Assembly: GCF_001194135.2 (NCBI RefSeq)
Contig: NC_068995.1
Coordinates: 1,122,317 to 1,186,316 of the forward strand
Direction: 5' to 3'
DNA from: Octopus bimaculoides
Lineage: Eukaryota
DNA: 64,000 nucleotides
Position numbers and translations under genes: made by a program. Below are positions 39,751-53,728 of this stretch, piece by piece (positions within the stretch are counted from its first letter, which is position 1; the number at the start of each line of letters is the position of its first letter). Under the pieces are notes generated by a model that had not been told where the DNA came from, made no database searches, and saw only the letters and a program-made list of their open reading frames with translations.

Positions 39751-42700
39751 TTTCTTCTTACATAAACATACATTTTTGCATTTTTCATCTATTTTCAAAT
39801 TTCTTCTTCTTCTTCTAACCAGTTTTCTGTTGTACTTTCCCCGTTTGCTGGTGTTTTGTTCCTGGTTGGCCCTGATTGTGCAAACTTTATGATCAAGTCA
39901 GGAACATCTCTCCAGTTTTATTCAGCCAAAATATATCTAGGCTTACATTATTCAATGTGACTTTGTTATTTTTGAGATATTGGGGCAGAAGGTTCTCAAT
40001 GTTGGATCTGTGGCCCACAAAACATCAAATTATCATCTTCATCATCGTTTAATGTCCACCTTCCATGTTAGCATGGGTTGGACGGTTTGACTGAGAACTG
40101 GTGAAACCAGATGGCTACACCAGGCTCCAATCTGATTTGGCAGTGTTTCTACAGCTGGATACCCTTCCTAATGCCAACCACTCCGAGAGTGTAGTGGGTG
40201 CTTTTTATGTGCCACTAGCATGAAGGCCAGTCAGGCGGTACTGGTAACGGCCACGCTCATAATGGTGTATTTTATGTGCCACTTGCACAGGAGCAAATCC
40301 AGCGGCACTGGCAACGATCTTGCTTGAATGTCTTTACACGTTACTCTTGATGAAAAGATAAAAAAGAAAGATAAAACACCAGTGTCCTGTGACTGACTCA
40401 CTGTTTGAAAATCACTGCATTGTGATGCAATCTGAGCACAAATTTGGCTGTTGTTTCTAGCAGGTTCAATGAATATGTAGAGGCTTCATTGTTGCTTGGT
40501 ATTATTACACGTCAGCTCTGGTCAAACAGATCTCAAGTAGCCACAATAGTTGGCTACTTGACTACTTGAGATCTGCCTACTGATCCTGATGGGTTGACAA
40601 AGTACCAATTGTTTATGGTTGATGAGGAAGTTGACCAACAAGCCAGCTATGAAGACTGTTTTCGTTTTATTCCTCTTCAAACTCCTCTTCATTGTATCCG
40701 TGTGGGTGATGGTGATGGCTGAATGATGTGAGAGATGAGCAAAGGTAAGCCTCGCATCTAAACAACTGGAAATCAATGTCTTTCCTCCTCCTTCAGTACA
40801 AGAATTCCAATGCAAACTCCTTTATTTTTCTCCCTTCATTCTGAGGAGAATCAGAAGTGTAAAAACTCGTAAAATGTCGCCCCCAGCAACTTCCACATTA
40901 ATAATGAAGATAAAATTAAATAAGAAAATTCACAATTTTACGATGTTGAAAGTGTAATCTATAAAAAAAATTGAATGATATTCCTGACTGGGGAAGTGAG
41001 AGAGAGAGAGAGAGAGGGATAGTGTAAGAGAAAAAGGAACCTAGAGGAGTGGGGGTGGGGGTAACTGAAAAGTACTTGGATCTTTTTAAGATTTCAACTT
41101 TTTGTTCTAAATTAATTTTTTTTTTAAATTCAAGGTAACAAATTTGGGCAAGTTTCAGGATGATAGAGAATCAGCGTGGATGGTATGAATGCAAGAGAGC
41201 GTGAGATTCAAGACGATTGCAATTAAAAAATTACTCTCTTTGGTAGAATCTAAGAAGAAATCGATAAACGCCCTCCATCCACTCACCTTCTGCTCAAAGA
41301 AAAAGAAGAGAGTTTCTGCTAAAATAAAATAAACCATCTGCTTCATTCTAATAAGGAAGGAAAAAAAAAATTATTATAGTAATACAAAAAATGAAAAAAA
41401 AAAAAAATGGAAATAACCCCAAAATTGAGGAGTGGAGATGGAGAAATTCTTACTTTTATCCTAAATTATATTTTTATTGAGGAGTGGCTTCCAAAACAGG
41501 AGAATTCTGATAAAAAAACATTTTTGTAAAATGGTTAAACTGAGAGGAGATTTGCCTAGATTAAACAATTTATTTAGTTGGGAATGGAATAGTTATTAAC
41601 TCTTTTAATACCAATTTCCAGCACAATATTATCCTGCGTATGATGACTTCAAACTGCATCCAGTAAATGGACCCCCATATACATGATTTATAGGATTATA
41701 TAGGAATGGTTTTATTTCTACTGTTTTTATGTTAAAAATGAGATGCATTTTTGGCATTTGATGCTCTCTTCTATTTCTGGAAAGAAAAAAACCCGCTGAA
41801 CAAACAACAAAAAAGCCATGTGCAGTTCATAGAAGTTGATGTTTGCTGAGAGAGAGAAGTGTTTGTAAGTAGTTTTTGCTGGGTTTAGGAGTTGCAATTT
41901 TTATCTGGAAAAACCATGAACGTTCTGGCAGGGGAGACACTAGAGAACTACTTCAGATATCCCACGAGCATTATAAGGCATTTAGAAACACTTGGATACA
42001 TGAATTGCTATGTTTGGTTGAATCATAATTTAACTGACAAAAATTTAATGGACAGCATTTCCGTCTGCAATTCTCAATTCAAATGCAACAAAAGTGACCC
42101 ATTTTTTGAAAAGACCAATCACAAGTGATAAAAAATTAAATTGCTTATAACAATGTGGAGTGAAAAATGTCCTCGAGAAAAGAAGATGAATCACCTTTTG
42201 ATCACACCAAAGGCTGACCAATGTCCAAAGAATATGACACTCTATATCTGGTGGGATTGGAAGGATATTGTGTATTACAAGCACCTTCTACAAAATCAGA
42301 TACTGGATTCAGATAATTATTGTTCCCAATTAGACCAATTAAAGGAGGCAATCAATGAAAACCATCCAGAATTAACCAATTGGAAGGATTTCATATTTCC
42401 TTGGAGACCTGAGAAAAAAATAAAAGTATGGAAAAGTGATATATGTTGTAAGGGGCCCAAAAACACGCAGGACATTGTATATATAAAAAAAAAACATCTA
42501 AACAAGTAGAATGCGAAGGAATGGTAAGAATCCCTGATGTGCTGAGTGTGCGTTAGATGAATTGCAAAATGGCGGGGGATTACTCTTATTTCAAACATAA
42601 GCAGAAATATATGGAAATCATTCAACTTTATTTGTTTCATAATATATATATAGAACATCTCCTGACCTATAAATTCCTAGCATAGGCATTATTTCTTTCT

Positions 42701-43579
42701 TATTTTTACAGAATAAATTAAATTATATTATAATTCATATTTGTTAAATTATCTTTAAATATCAACACTTGGTTTCACTCCTAAATAGTTCTGATCCAAT
42801 CTACCTTAGCAAAAAAGAAAAAAAAAAAAATCCATCTTAAATATAGAAACTGCATTTTTTCTTCATATAACGTAATATGAAATTCCTATATATAAAGATA
42901 TAATCTCTAATTGACTTATTTTTAGTTAATAATTAATAATTACAAACATATTATGCTACATTATAACAAATACCCAATATATGCTCCAATCTATTCTGCT
43001 ACATTTTATTTCATTATATTTTTATTCTTTTTCTCTTCACTCCTTCGTTCAACTTTTCTCTTTATTTGACCTCTTAACGAATCAATTGTAGAAATTATTA
43101 AACTTCCCATAACACAACTCCAACAACTTAACCTTTCTGATAATAGATAAATAGAAATGAATTTAATAAATATATATATATATTTTGAGTGTGACTAGAT
43201 ATATATATATATATATATTGTGTGAATATACACATATGTATGTATATATGTAAATACGTATGCATATATATTGAAGCATATATATATATATACACACACA
43301 AATGTATAAATACATAAATATGAATATATACAATTTATATATTAACGACTGAGGGTTCACATGTATGGCTTTTAAGATACATATCATAACAGTCAAATTT
43401 TTCAATGCGCTTCATATACATTTATTTTCCCAAATATATCCCTTAAGGCCATTTCTCAAATTACATCTTGGACATCAATGGGGAAGTAGGTTTCATATTA
43501 TGGAATTTAAAGTTGTAGTAAAAAATGCTTTCAAGAACAGAGCACTTTTGTAATGTGAGAGATGGCTGGCTGTGTGTGG

Positions 43580-43631
<52 letters not shown>

Positions 43632-44051
43632 ATTATCTGAATGAGATGATTTGGTGCAGTTGACTGGACATTCGGTCTGTTTTGGTGACTACTTTTTGGC
43701 GTTGGATACAAACTCGTACACGCAAACACACACACGCACAGTGGGAGAGAGGCAGGGATCAGTGACACCCAAAAAGTGGCACCAAACCAGCTGTGCCAAA
43801 CCATCTTATACTCCCCAAATATTACTTTTTGATTGCTATGATTATTTTTGCAATTGTTTTCTCTTTTAGTCTTCAAGCTAGATCCAGGTGAGCGACCTTA
43901 AAAGTCTGGTTTTGTTTTTTTTCACACCATTGCTTCAAACTATCTGAGGATTATTGCTGTTTCACCCATCTTGTATACACCCTTCAACCTTTTTAACTGA
44001 TTTCAGGTATTCTGTTATATACACACCCACACACTGCCATTAAATACCACA

Positions 44052-44088
<37 letters not shown>

Positions 44089-47000
44089 CACACACACACA
44101 CACACACACACATACATGCTCACACACACACACACACATCTATCCTCGTTTATCACCAGGTTTGGTTTTAAAAAACTACAGTGATAAATGAATCCTCTTC
44201 ACACACTTTGTAAATGGAATGAATGGTGGTCTTGACACCAAGCTCTGGACTCACACCAGCAAAACTTCTGCTGTTATGTTTTTTTTCTTGATCATAGAGA
44301 TGATCCTTTTCCCGTAGAGAATACACTCATTTCTTTAAATCAGGTGCCTTCATATTTTTTCTGTTTACTGGTCCTATGTTGATGAGTAAAATTATATAAA
44401 TCCACATTAAAAAAGAAAACAGGCAGCCTTGCAGCATGGTCAATGTGTTGTGGGTAGCTGAGCCTTGCAGGTGGTTACTGGGGTGCGTTTTTGCAGTACA
44501 AGCAGAGCCTTTGACCGATTGCCAACCCATGTTACCACAGATGAATCAGTGATAAGCACAAGGGCTCAATGATGAATGAATCACTGATAAACGAGGATAG
44601 ATGAATACCATAAGATTTTAGAAACTTCAAGAGACATAAAATAAATGATTTTTATTCATGGAACTCAAAGCTGTAAATAATAGCCCTTAAATATTGGGTT
44701 GAAGAAAAAGTGGTAGAACATATTTTACAGGTGTGGATTCACGTTCCTTAGTCTTTGACTTTTTTCCATTTAAATAGTTCTTTAACCCAATGTTCAATCA
44801 CTATTATTTATTGCTTTATCTGCTTGCAATTCCACCTTCAAAAATGATTTATTTATATATGTGTGTATAATGTATATAATAAATTCCTTCTTTGGCACCT
44901 TCAGTAATATTTCTGCTCTGCCTTCACCTCCTGCCACTTTTTGTTTTTGTTTCTTCAAGTCTTCAGTTCCTCTCTTTGCACCCTGTCAAATGTGGTTTTG
45001 AAATAATCGTAGTGGTGAAGGGGTCAGGGGATTAGTATTATTGGTTCTTCATTTTTATTTTGAGTAAAATTTTGTTTAATTTTTATTATTCTATTGTTTT
45101 CAATTAAAAAAAAAAACTTTTGTTTCCAGCAGTGGCCCACCTTTTGTAAACTTTACTGAAGAGCAGCACAGGGCTTCCTACCCTTATTTTCCTCCTTAAG
45201 TAGAACTTAAAATTTGATAAGAGCTTGGCCTGAGAGAGAGAGAAAAAAAAAAGACACTGTCCACAAAATCGCTTTCCTTTATAAAGTAGATAACTTCCAT
45301 TATAAATTTCCTCTGTCATCACATTATAAATTTCCTGTCATCACAACTAAACAGATGACGACCCACTCTTCCTTGACAAGGAAAGTGGTGGTTTGATCTC
45401 TACAAAAGGCTTAGATCAGTAGTTCCCAAAGTGGGTAGTACTGCCCCACCCACGGGGGGGGGGAGAAAAACGGGGTGATAATGGGGTGACCAAAACGGCA
45501 ATGGATGTAAAAAAAAGAAACATTTGTGAAATAGTGTTGTTTTAAATTTGCAGCAGAAAATGGTTTATGTCTGTGATGGTGAGAGGGGGGCGGGGACACT
45601 AGGAATGTGGCCTTAGAATCAAGGAGGTGGCGGCCTGAGAGGTTTGGGAACCACTGGCTTAGACGATAGCCGGATCCATCTGCATGTGATAATAAATGTT
45701 TTATATAATCCAACAAAATCCACAATGCATGGATTACTGGATGAATTGCCTGCTGTATGTTTTCTTTATCTTGCATGAATATTCCGACAGGTTTGGTTGC
45801 TGTCAGCTTCAATGCAAAACTTATCCCTAATCTTAATGTCTACCTAACAACCATCTGGCCAGAAAATCTGTCAGTAGAACACAATTGACTCTAACTATGT
45901 CATCCCAGCTTTTCATTACTGCCCCTTACTTTATTCAGCTTAGAAGGCAGCAAAACTGGCAGAATTATTTCAGTTTTGGAATAAATGCTTTGAGGAGGTA
46001 TTTCTTACAACTTTTTACACTCAGAGTTCAATTCCCACCTTTGTCAACTTTGCCTTCCATCCCTCAAGGGTAAAGAAAATAAAGTATCAGTCAAGTACTG
46101 GGGTCGATGGAATCAGAATTGATTAAACCCTGCCCACCAGATTGATGGCCTTCAGTCTAAATCAGAAATCACTCTATTGAGCTTGGATGAAAAATGAAGC
46201 CAGCTTTGATTAGATTTGAACTCAGATCTTAAAGGGATGGAAAGCATTTTATAGATTTTATCACTCCTTCCACTCATAATAATAATAATAATTTTGCCAC
46301 AAGGGCAGTAATTTTGGAGAAGGGGATAAGTCGATTACATCAGCCCCAGTGTTCATCTGGTACTTATTTTATCGACCCCATATACTAACTAGAGTGTTAC
46401 CTGTTCCATGTTGTAAGGTGATGCTGGTATATACACTTTTGCTACTTCTTAGTAATATCAGGTCATGTCACTTCTGTAATAAATTGATTGCGAAACCTTT
46501 TTCTTACCATATTTCCATTGAAATACACTACTTTTGTTTCATTAAATCTTGAAAATAAAGAATTTGCTAAAATAACTTTGTCATTAATCTGAAACTTGCA
46601 GCATAAATTAAACTACCATCTATCTCAGAGCCAGGGACAGTCACATGCAGTTTGATATCAGAAGGGTTAAACAGTATTATTGTCATCAATAAAATATATT
46701 GTTATTGATAATATAGATTTATTGCAAATGAGAAATCTGTTTTTATTTTATAACTTTTGAGTTCATTTCATTATTTTTTATAACCACCATGAAATCTGAA
46801 TAAAGTAAAATTTTGATAAAGGGAGACGTTCTTCTCTGAAGATGAAATACAACAGTGATCAACCTATTTTATGATTGAATTTGCCAGAACAAATTAAGAG
46901 TGAGTAGATATGTTAAAATTCTAATAATAATCATAGCATCTGGCATCATCAGAAATTAGTTAGAGGTGACAAGAAATAACGCCATCATTCATTATGTGAT

Positions 47001-47257
47001 GGACTCTAGTAATAATAAAGAGATTGGTCTCGTATTTAATTTTGGCAAAATTGATCTAATGTTCTCTTGAGTACCTCCCCCCAGTTCTTGTTTTGTAAAA
47101 TCAGGCTTTAAGTTGTTTCTCCTTCTTTTTCCAAATACTGTTTCCATGCTAACATGGATTTCTATGTTTTTGTTCTTGCCTTTTTTTTTATTTCAAATTT
47201 TTTTTAATAACATTTTTGTTTTGCTTTGTTTTTGGACTTGATTTGATAATATTTTGG

Positions 47258-47306
<49 letters not shown>

Positions 47307-50300
47307 AGAATATATTTTCACTTTAAATAATATACAAACACCTTTCTTTACCTTTCAGAATTTGGAGAGTAATGTAACTTGTACGCTCACAGCTCCTTTG
47401 CCTCTGGGTGTTCTATATAGCCTGTAGTTACTCTTNNNNNNNNNNNNNNNNNNNNNNNNNNNNNNNNNNNNNNNNNNNNNNNNNNNNNNNNNNNNNNNNN
47501 NNNNNNNNNNNNNNNNNNNNNNNNNNNNNNNNNNNNNNNNNNNNNNNNNNNNNNNNNNNNNNNNNNNNNNNNNNNNNNNNNNNNNNNNNNNNNNNNNNNN
47601 NNNNNNNNCTGAGTGGTTGGCGTTAGGAAGGGCATCCAGCTGTAGAAACTCTGCCAAATCAGACTGGAGCCTGGTGTTGCCATCCGGTTTCACCAGTCCT
47701 CAGTCAAATCGTCCAACCCATGCTAGCATGGAAAGCGGACGTTAAACGATGATGATGATGATGATGATATATACATATTGAGAATTTACATTTATTTAGC
47801 AAAACTTTTGTTTTCTCCTCCCTGAAAACCATTTCTAGCTTCTTCAACATAGTTCCTTGTGTTTCTGACTGGATGTAGCATGCGGCGTTCTATCACTGGG
47901 GTATAGTTTGCTGTGACACTGGCAGGACATAGCATAATGTGACCCTGGCAGGATTGAATGTGCCATGCAGTTTGCTATGACTGATTGTATGACTAGATAT
48001 CCAGTATGGTCTGTATAACCACTGTTATTTTAAAATTATAATATTCAACACCCCTTTTTATATCACTACCCCCTGACCTTTATTTCTCCCACCAACTTGT
48101 TATACCAACCTGGCCACTTACACAACACCAATATTGTCCATTTCAGAAAGTAAAGAAGTTCATTGAAGAGGTCAACTACTACTACATCCAAAATGGCAAA
48201 CAGCCATTGCCCTGGAAGACAGCAGTCAAGTTTCTTATGGCCCGCAAGTTTGACATCCGCAGAGCATTAGACTTATACAGATGTCATCAGGTAAAGAAAT
48301 TCCTCTTCTTTTGAATGGCTTCCTTTCTTTATCTCTTTTTCTCATTTCTCACTTCACCCCACCCCCCTCACATTCTTCTTTGTATTATTTGAAGCTTTAA
48401 CTGGTTTCACACTTTACACTGATTTTCAAAAAGTTCAACTAGAAAGACATGGCTTGTGTTGCAGCTGTCTTGCTTCTGACTAGTGTTTGACGCTTGCCCT
48501 GTTTTTATAGGAAGTTCATGACTCAAATTAGTATATGTTTTGAATAGGATTTGATTGGTAGAGGGATAGTCACATGACTAGTCTTAGAAATTTTTGTAGG
48601 TTCCCCACTATATGCATGTGTTAGCATTTGACTGGTAAACCAAGGCTGACACGGTTGACTGAACGTGTCCAAACAATCAATTGCTCTGAATGTTTTCTGT
48701 CAAGTGTTTGTAGAGAACAAACACATTCATTGAATTTAATGCATGCTATCAAATGTCAAGGATGTAATGAACACAGGTCAAACAAAGCTTACTCTAAGAA
48801 ATAGACTGACCGTTCACTGACAACAAATATGAGACTCCAGTTCTAGAAAGATTCCACTGAGGGGTCATATAGACATATGTGCAAAGAATAAGTCTCCCAT
48901 ATTGCAGGTCTTCCCACTCTACCACAGATGAACAAAGAAAATACTTTCATACAAGAGTACAAACCAAGACTTAACAGACTTTAACAGAGTACATACACAA
49001 ATAACTATTCATATACAAAATTCATTCTGCCTCTTATGAGGAAGCTACACAGCTAAAAGCCTAAACTTTAGCCATTGGACTACATACAAATGACCCCTGT
49101 TTACTCTCCCACCAGACAGATTAAATTTGGAATGCTTTGATTGTAACTAAACATTTTCACTCATCTGTGTCGGCCTTCTTTTTTTAGGTGCAAAATATAC
49201 AGTCATGTGACACTAACACACGGACGTAGTGGGAAGCGTACGAAAGGTTATACACTTAATCATGTGCTTGATCTTTTAAACTACAGACATTATCCATTTT
49301 ACAAGAGGTGACCTTATACCGAGTGAAGGGAGGTCAAGAAGGGTTGAGGGACAGGTATAGGTGTCTTGCTTTGGGGGAGAAACATGGCCACGCCCAGTAG
49401 GAAGAGAAAGAGGATGCTGGTGAAGGTGTGTCAGGGCATACCCTTAAATTACAGGAATATAAGGGAAGTAGTGTGGCAGGTGGATGGAGGGAGATGCAGT
49501 GGGGGGACGTGAGTGGGGGTTTGGTCAGTCATGAATATCTGTTGAAGTAGGAGTGGGTTAGGGAATAGGTAAGAGGGGGGAGCAGCATTGATGTGAAGTG
49601 AGTGGGGGGTAGATGTGTATGTGAAAGAGATGCAAAGTGCTAGGGATGAAGGTGGAAATGATGGGAGATGAACAGAGGGGATGGGGCTGCTGCTGAGAGA
49701 AAATGAGGGGTTGTAATAATAGAAGGGGAGGGGAGTGAAATATAAGGAGGTAAGAGATGATAGTGAGGATGTGTGAGGAACAGGAAGTGGTTCCTGGGAG
49801 GGTGAGTGGTGGGGGGAATGAAGTGTATGCAATCCCATCTCATAATTACAGCAGCTGAGTGAGTTATGAGAGGGATGGAGAGGAGGGTGTCGGGAAGATG
49901 GGGTTGTAGGTAGGGGGTTCTTTGGGTGCAGGGGCATAGACTTAGGTGACGTGCCTTTAGGATCTTATTTTCATTTAGCAGGGATGGGTTTTCTCAAGTA
50001 TCATATATCGCTAATCACTTCAGTCCTTTGTCCTCTCCTCCATGAGACTCAACATCCAGGCATCATTCTTCACCAGTTTAATCTCCAGGGCCTCTCTCTT
50101 CTACTGGTCCCATCCACATTCAAAGGTCAGCACTTTTGTATGCAGCCCTCCTCATCCGTACACATCACATGACCATACCAGCACATTTCCCCCTCTCGCA
50201 CACATCCAATACCTTTTATACCTAATTTTCCTCTTAACACATTTTCACTTTGCTGTACACACACACACACACTGACATTGCACATCAACTGGAGCCTGCT

Positions 50301-53300
50301 AGCTTCAATGTCTTACACACCATCACATGTCTTCTACATTTACAACCCATGTTTCACCACCATGTAGCATTGCAGTTTGTGCACAAGTATCATACAATCT
50401 GCCTTTCACCCTGAGAGCAGGGCCTTTTCTTGCCAATAATTATAATTAAGGGTACTAAGAAGAAACAGCACCTGGAGATAGACATCAAATGACTCTATAT
50501 TACACTCCATTAGTAATTACTAAACCAGAAATCGGACAATCTAGAATTAACCTAAAAAAAAAATATTCTTACTAAATCTATTTTATTCATTTCTTTGCTT
50601 TCAGCATTGTGCTAATGGATTGTAATTTGAAGTGGTTTTTAGAGTCATTTGACATCTATCTCTAGCATGTAGGTGCTGTTTCTCAGTACCCTTAATTATA
50701 ATGATATATATATATATATATCTATAGCTATATGTGTGTGTTTATGTTTGTGTGTGTGTGTGTGGCTTAGTGGTTAGGGTATTCGGCCCTTGATTGTAAG
50801 GTCATGAGTTTGATTCCTGGTGGCACATTGTGTCCTTGAGCAAGACACTTTATTTTACATTGCTGCAGTCCACTCAGCTGGCAAAAATGGGTTGCACTTG
50901 CATTTCAAAGGGGCCAGCCTTGTCACGTTCTGTCTTATGCTGAATCTCTCTGAGGACTACATTAAGGTTATGCATGTCTGTGGAGTACTCAGCCACTTGC
51001 ACTTTAATTGCATGTGCATATGGTTCCGTTTATTGGATCAGTTGGGACACTCATCATCATAACAGATGGAGTACCTGTCACACACACACACACACAATCT
51101 GCTTCAATAATTGGTGTCTGACCCTTGCCAGCATGGAGAAGTGGATACTACGACGATGATGACATGCATATAGTTGTATGTATGTCCACTCACACAACGA
51201 TGTATCTGTGGAATGCATGCAGGCGATCAGACAAACCCATACACTGTATTGCTGTAGTGTTCAATGTTTCATTTATTTCTCTTTCTGTCTCTCTCATTTG
51301 AACCCGTTTCCTGCAGTTAACTAGAGAAGGTGAAGACTTGCTCTATCTCGACATTAACGACAAATTCCTGCAAGAAGAATTACAGACAGAGAAGTTCACA
51401 ATATTGGTAAGTTGTTTACTTGTAGCTTAATGCATGTTTCATCACCTCTCATTCTCATGACAAGGTTGATTCTGTTGGGATGGGGGACGTTGAACCCCAG
51501 GTCAACAATGTTCAAAGATATCCCAGCCCCTTGGTATCCCATTTTATTTTATGGCATAGTACATCTGGGGCTGCATTATCCAATACAACTCTTGAAGTGC
51601 TTCTGCACTCTTATTCCTTCCAACTCTTTTAATGTTAACTTTTCTGTGTTTTATTCTGTGTCCTGTGCATGTCCTTCTAGCTTTCATTGCCGTCTTTCTT
51701 TGACTCAGATGTTGGCTTCTGCCCATTCCTTTTAACCTCTTCTAACGAGTAGTAGTGCACCTGAGCACTGTATACAATAAACTCATTATATTTGATTATA
51801 TCATTCCAAAATAGTAGCAAACAAAAACTTCTAATTTGACAAGGCTGGCAGTGAGTAAAGGTTATTAAACCTGTGAGTGGTAGATTTGAAATTCATGTGC
51901 CTGACACTCCTTTCTATTTTGCTGTTGGTTGTTATAACACCTAATATCACTCGTTTCACGGGTTCCACATCACTTTGGATCTAAATCAGCCAAATTTAAG
52001 GGGGCAGGGTGAACAGTATATTACTTGTGAAAGACTGGGGTTCTTAACCAGAGAAACTTCCTTCAGAAAAATGGAAAGATGTATGTTGACCTCTTAAAAA
52101 TCTCTGGTTAAAAGATGGTTGCTTCCTCCATGCCCCCTTCCTCGGAATCTGTTGGCAGAGCTATTTCTATTGTGTGAAGATGTTTCTAACAATGTTATTG
52201 GAAGCTCCTTATTTTTAAAAACCTGTCTTCTTACTCTCAAACCTACACACTTTTCCCTGTTGGTGTGGTCAATTCTCAGCACCTTTGGTGGCCGTTGAGA
52301 GTTTCCACATTCTCTTCTGAAGTTATGGCATCGTCTGACCATGTAGCAGTTATAGTAGTGGTAATGTTACTTTTAGTAACTTTAAATGTGGAACTGTTCT
52401 GAACATACCTGATGCAAGTCCAAGCAAGGACATAGGAATTAAACTTTTGTTTCAAATGGATTGTAAGTGGACAAATGAAATTTTAAACTGACTAAAGTCT
52501 TTGGTTTTTTTTTTTTATCAAAAATTGATTTTGAGGACAAAAATTGATTTTCAATTGACAGCAAACAAGAAACAATAATTTTAGTAAAATTTGACCCAGA
52601 TTTGAAACTGGTTGGAATGGTTGATTTTCCATATTCTGAAGAGAAAAAGGAATCTTCTAGAGTGTCTGTGTCTCATCATACAACCAGGATTATTTACTAT
52701 TGGACTCGTTTTTTTCCATGGGAGACAACACTGTGTTGCAAGCTTATCTTCCTGTCTGTTGCAAATAGATGTGACTTCCCTGAGTGGATAAAGTGTTGAA
52801 CTGGTTACCTGTAGGTTGTGAGTTCGAACACTCTGAAGGTTTTTCATTGTATTTTTGGACAGAAAACTTTAATACTCATGTTTTGCTACTTCACAATGTT
52901 GTACTTTGTGAGCAAGCATTGTATTGTTCTTTGTTTCACTTAGAAGAATCTGTTGCCAGCAGGAGTAACACCACTCTAAACTTTCTCTTTACTCCCACCA
53001 TTATACTTTCACAATATGCACCTCTACTGCTACTTAGATCACCTTCATATTTGAGAATAAAGGGGAAAAAAAGAGAGAAGAAAATTCTATTGCACCACAT
53101 GTTTTTTTAAATAGGGGTAATATTCAGCTTTTTGTTCTCATTCATTCCAATGCATCTATCATTTACGTGGAGTAAATCATGTGGCATTTGTACTTCTTTT
53201 TTTTTCTTTTTTTTTTGGTTATATTTCTCAGCTGACATCTCATCTAAGCTAATTCTCTTACTAATCATTTATAACTTTTTCCGTTACTTTCATAACTCCA

Positions 53301-53696
53301 TTCATAAAATCCATCACCATCACACATTTGCCATAGCAACTGTTGCAGGTGAAAGCTTTCCTTCTTAGCCCCAGAATCAGTTATTTTTTTTTCTGTTTAT
53401 TATTATCATTTTTGTTCTTGTTGTTGTCATTCAGAGTTACTTAATTTATCAGACATTACTGCATGTTACCGTTTTCCTCTCACCCAATTTCATATGAATA
53501 TATTTGTTTTCACTTATATTTGTGTGTGTGTATGTGCGTGCATGTGTATGTGTGTATACATGTGTGTGCACATATATTTATGTATGTGTATTATTTGCCT
53601 GCATATGTATATATGTGCATAGATGTTTTTTTTTGTATATGTACATACACCTGTATATATGTGTATGTATCCATGCATGCACGAATACAGCTATAC

Positions 53697-53728
<32 letters not shown>

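Noticed and set aside
40690-40750. Strong plus-strand donor AAG|GTAAGC at 40745
   Set aside because: No acceptor at a sensible distance and an in-frame TGA just upstream in the phase needed for exon 2; likely a cryptic site.
41892-42509. Mariner, RTE and Tx1 ORFs as active or domesticated genes (also 2004-2192, 20350-21952, 26363-26694)
   Set aside because: Multiple stops, frameshifts and mutated catalytic or zinc residues; fossils.
45141-45229. Additional minus-strand exon candidates (45141/45182-45229, 41454-41506, 14721-14847)
   Set aside because: The acceptors derive from (GA)n or poly-A runs and the donors are weaker; not distinguishable from background without RNA data.
43990-49192. 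AG|GT juxtapositions (44005, 44730, 49187) as recursive splice sites
   Set aside because: The regenerated donors (GTATTC, GTGTGG, GTGCAA) are weak; expected by chance in 40 kb.
50760-50830. tRNA-like A-box/B-box sequences (also 2842, 61330-61400)
   Set aside because: SINE heads continuing into SINE bodies; no complete cloverleaf, so not tRNA genes.
52094-52342. 82-aa minus-strand ORF in intron 3
   Set aside because: No recognisable motif or splice signals; possibly an old retroelement remnant, but not supportable.
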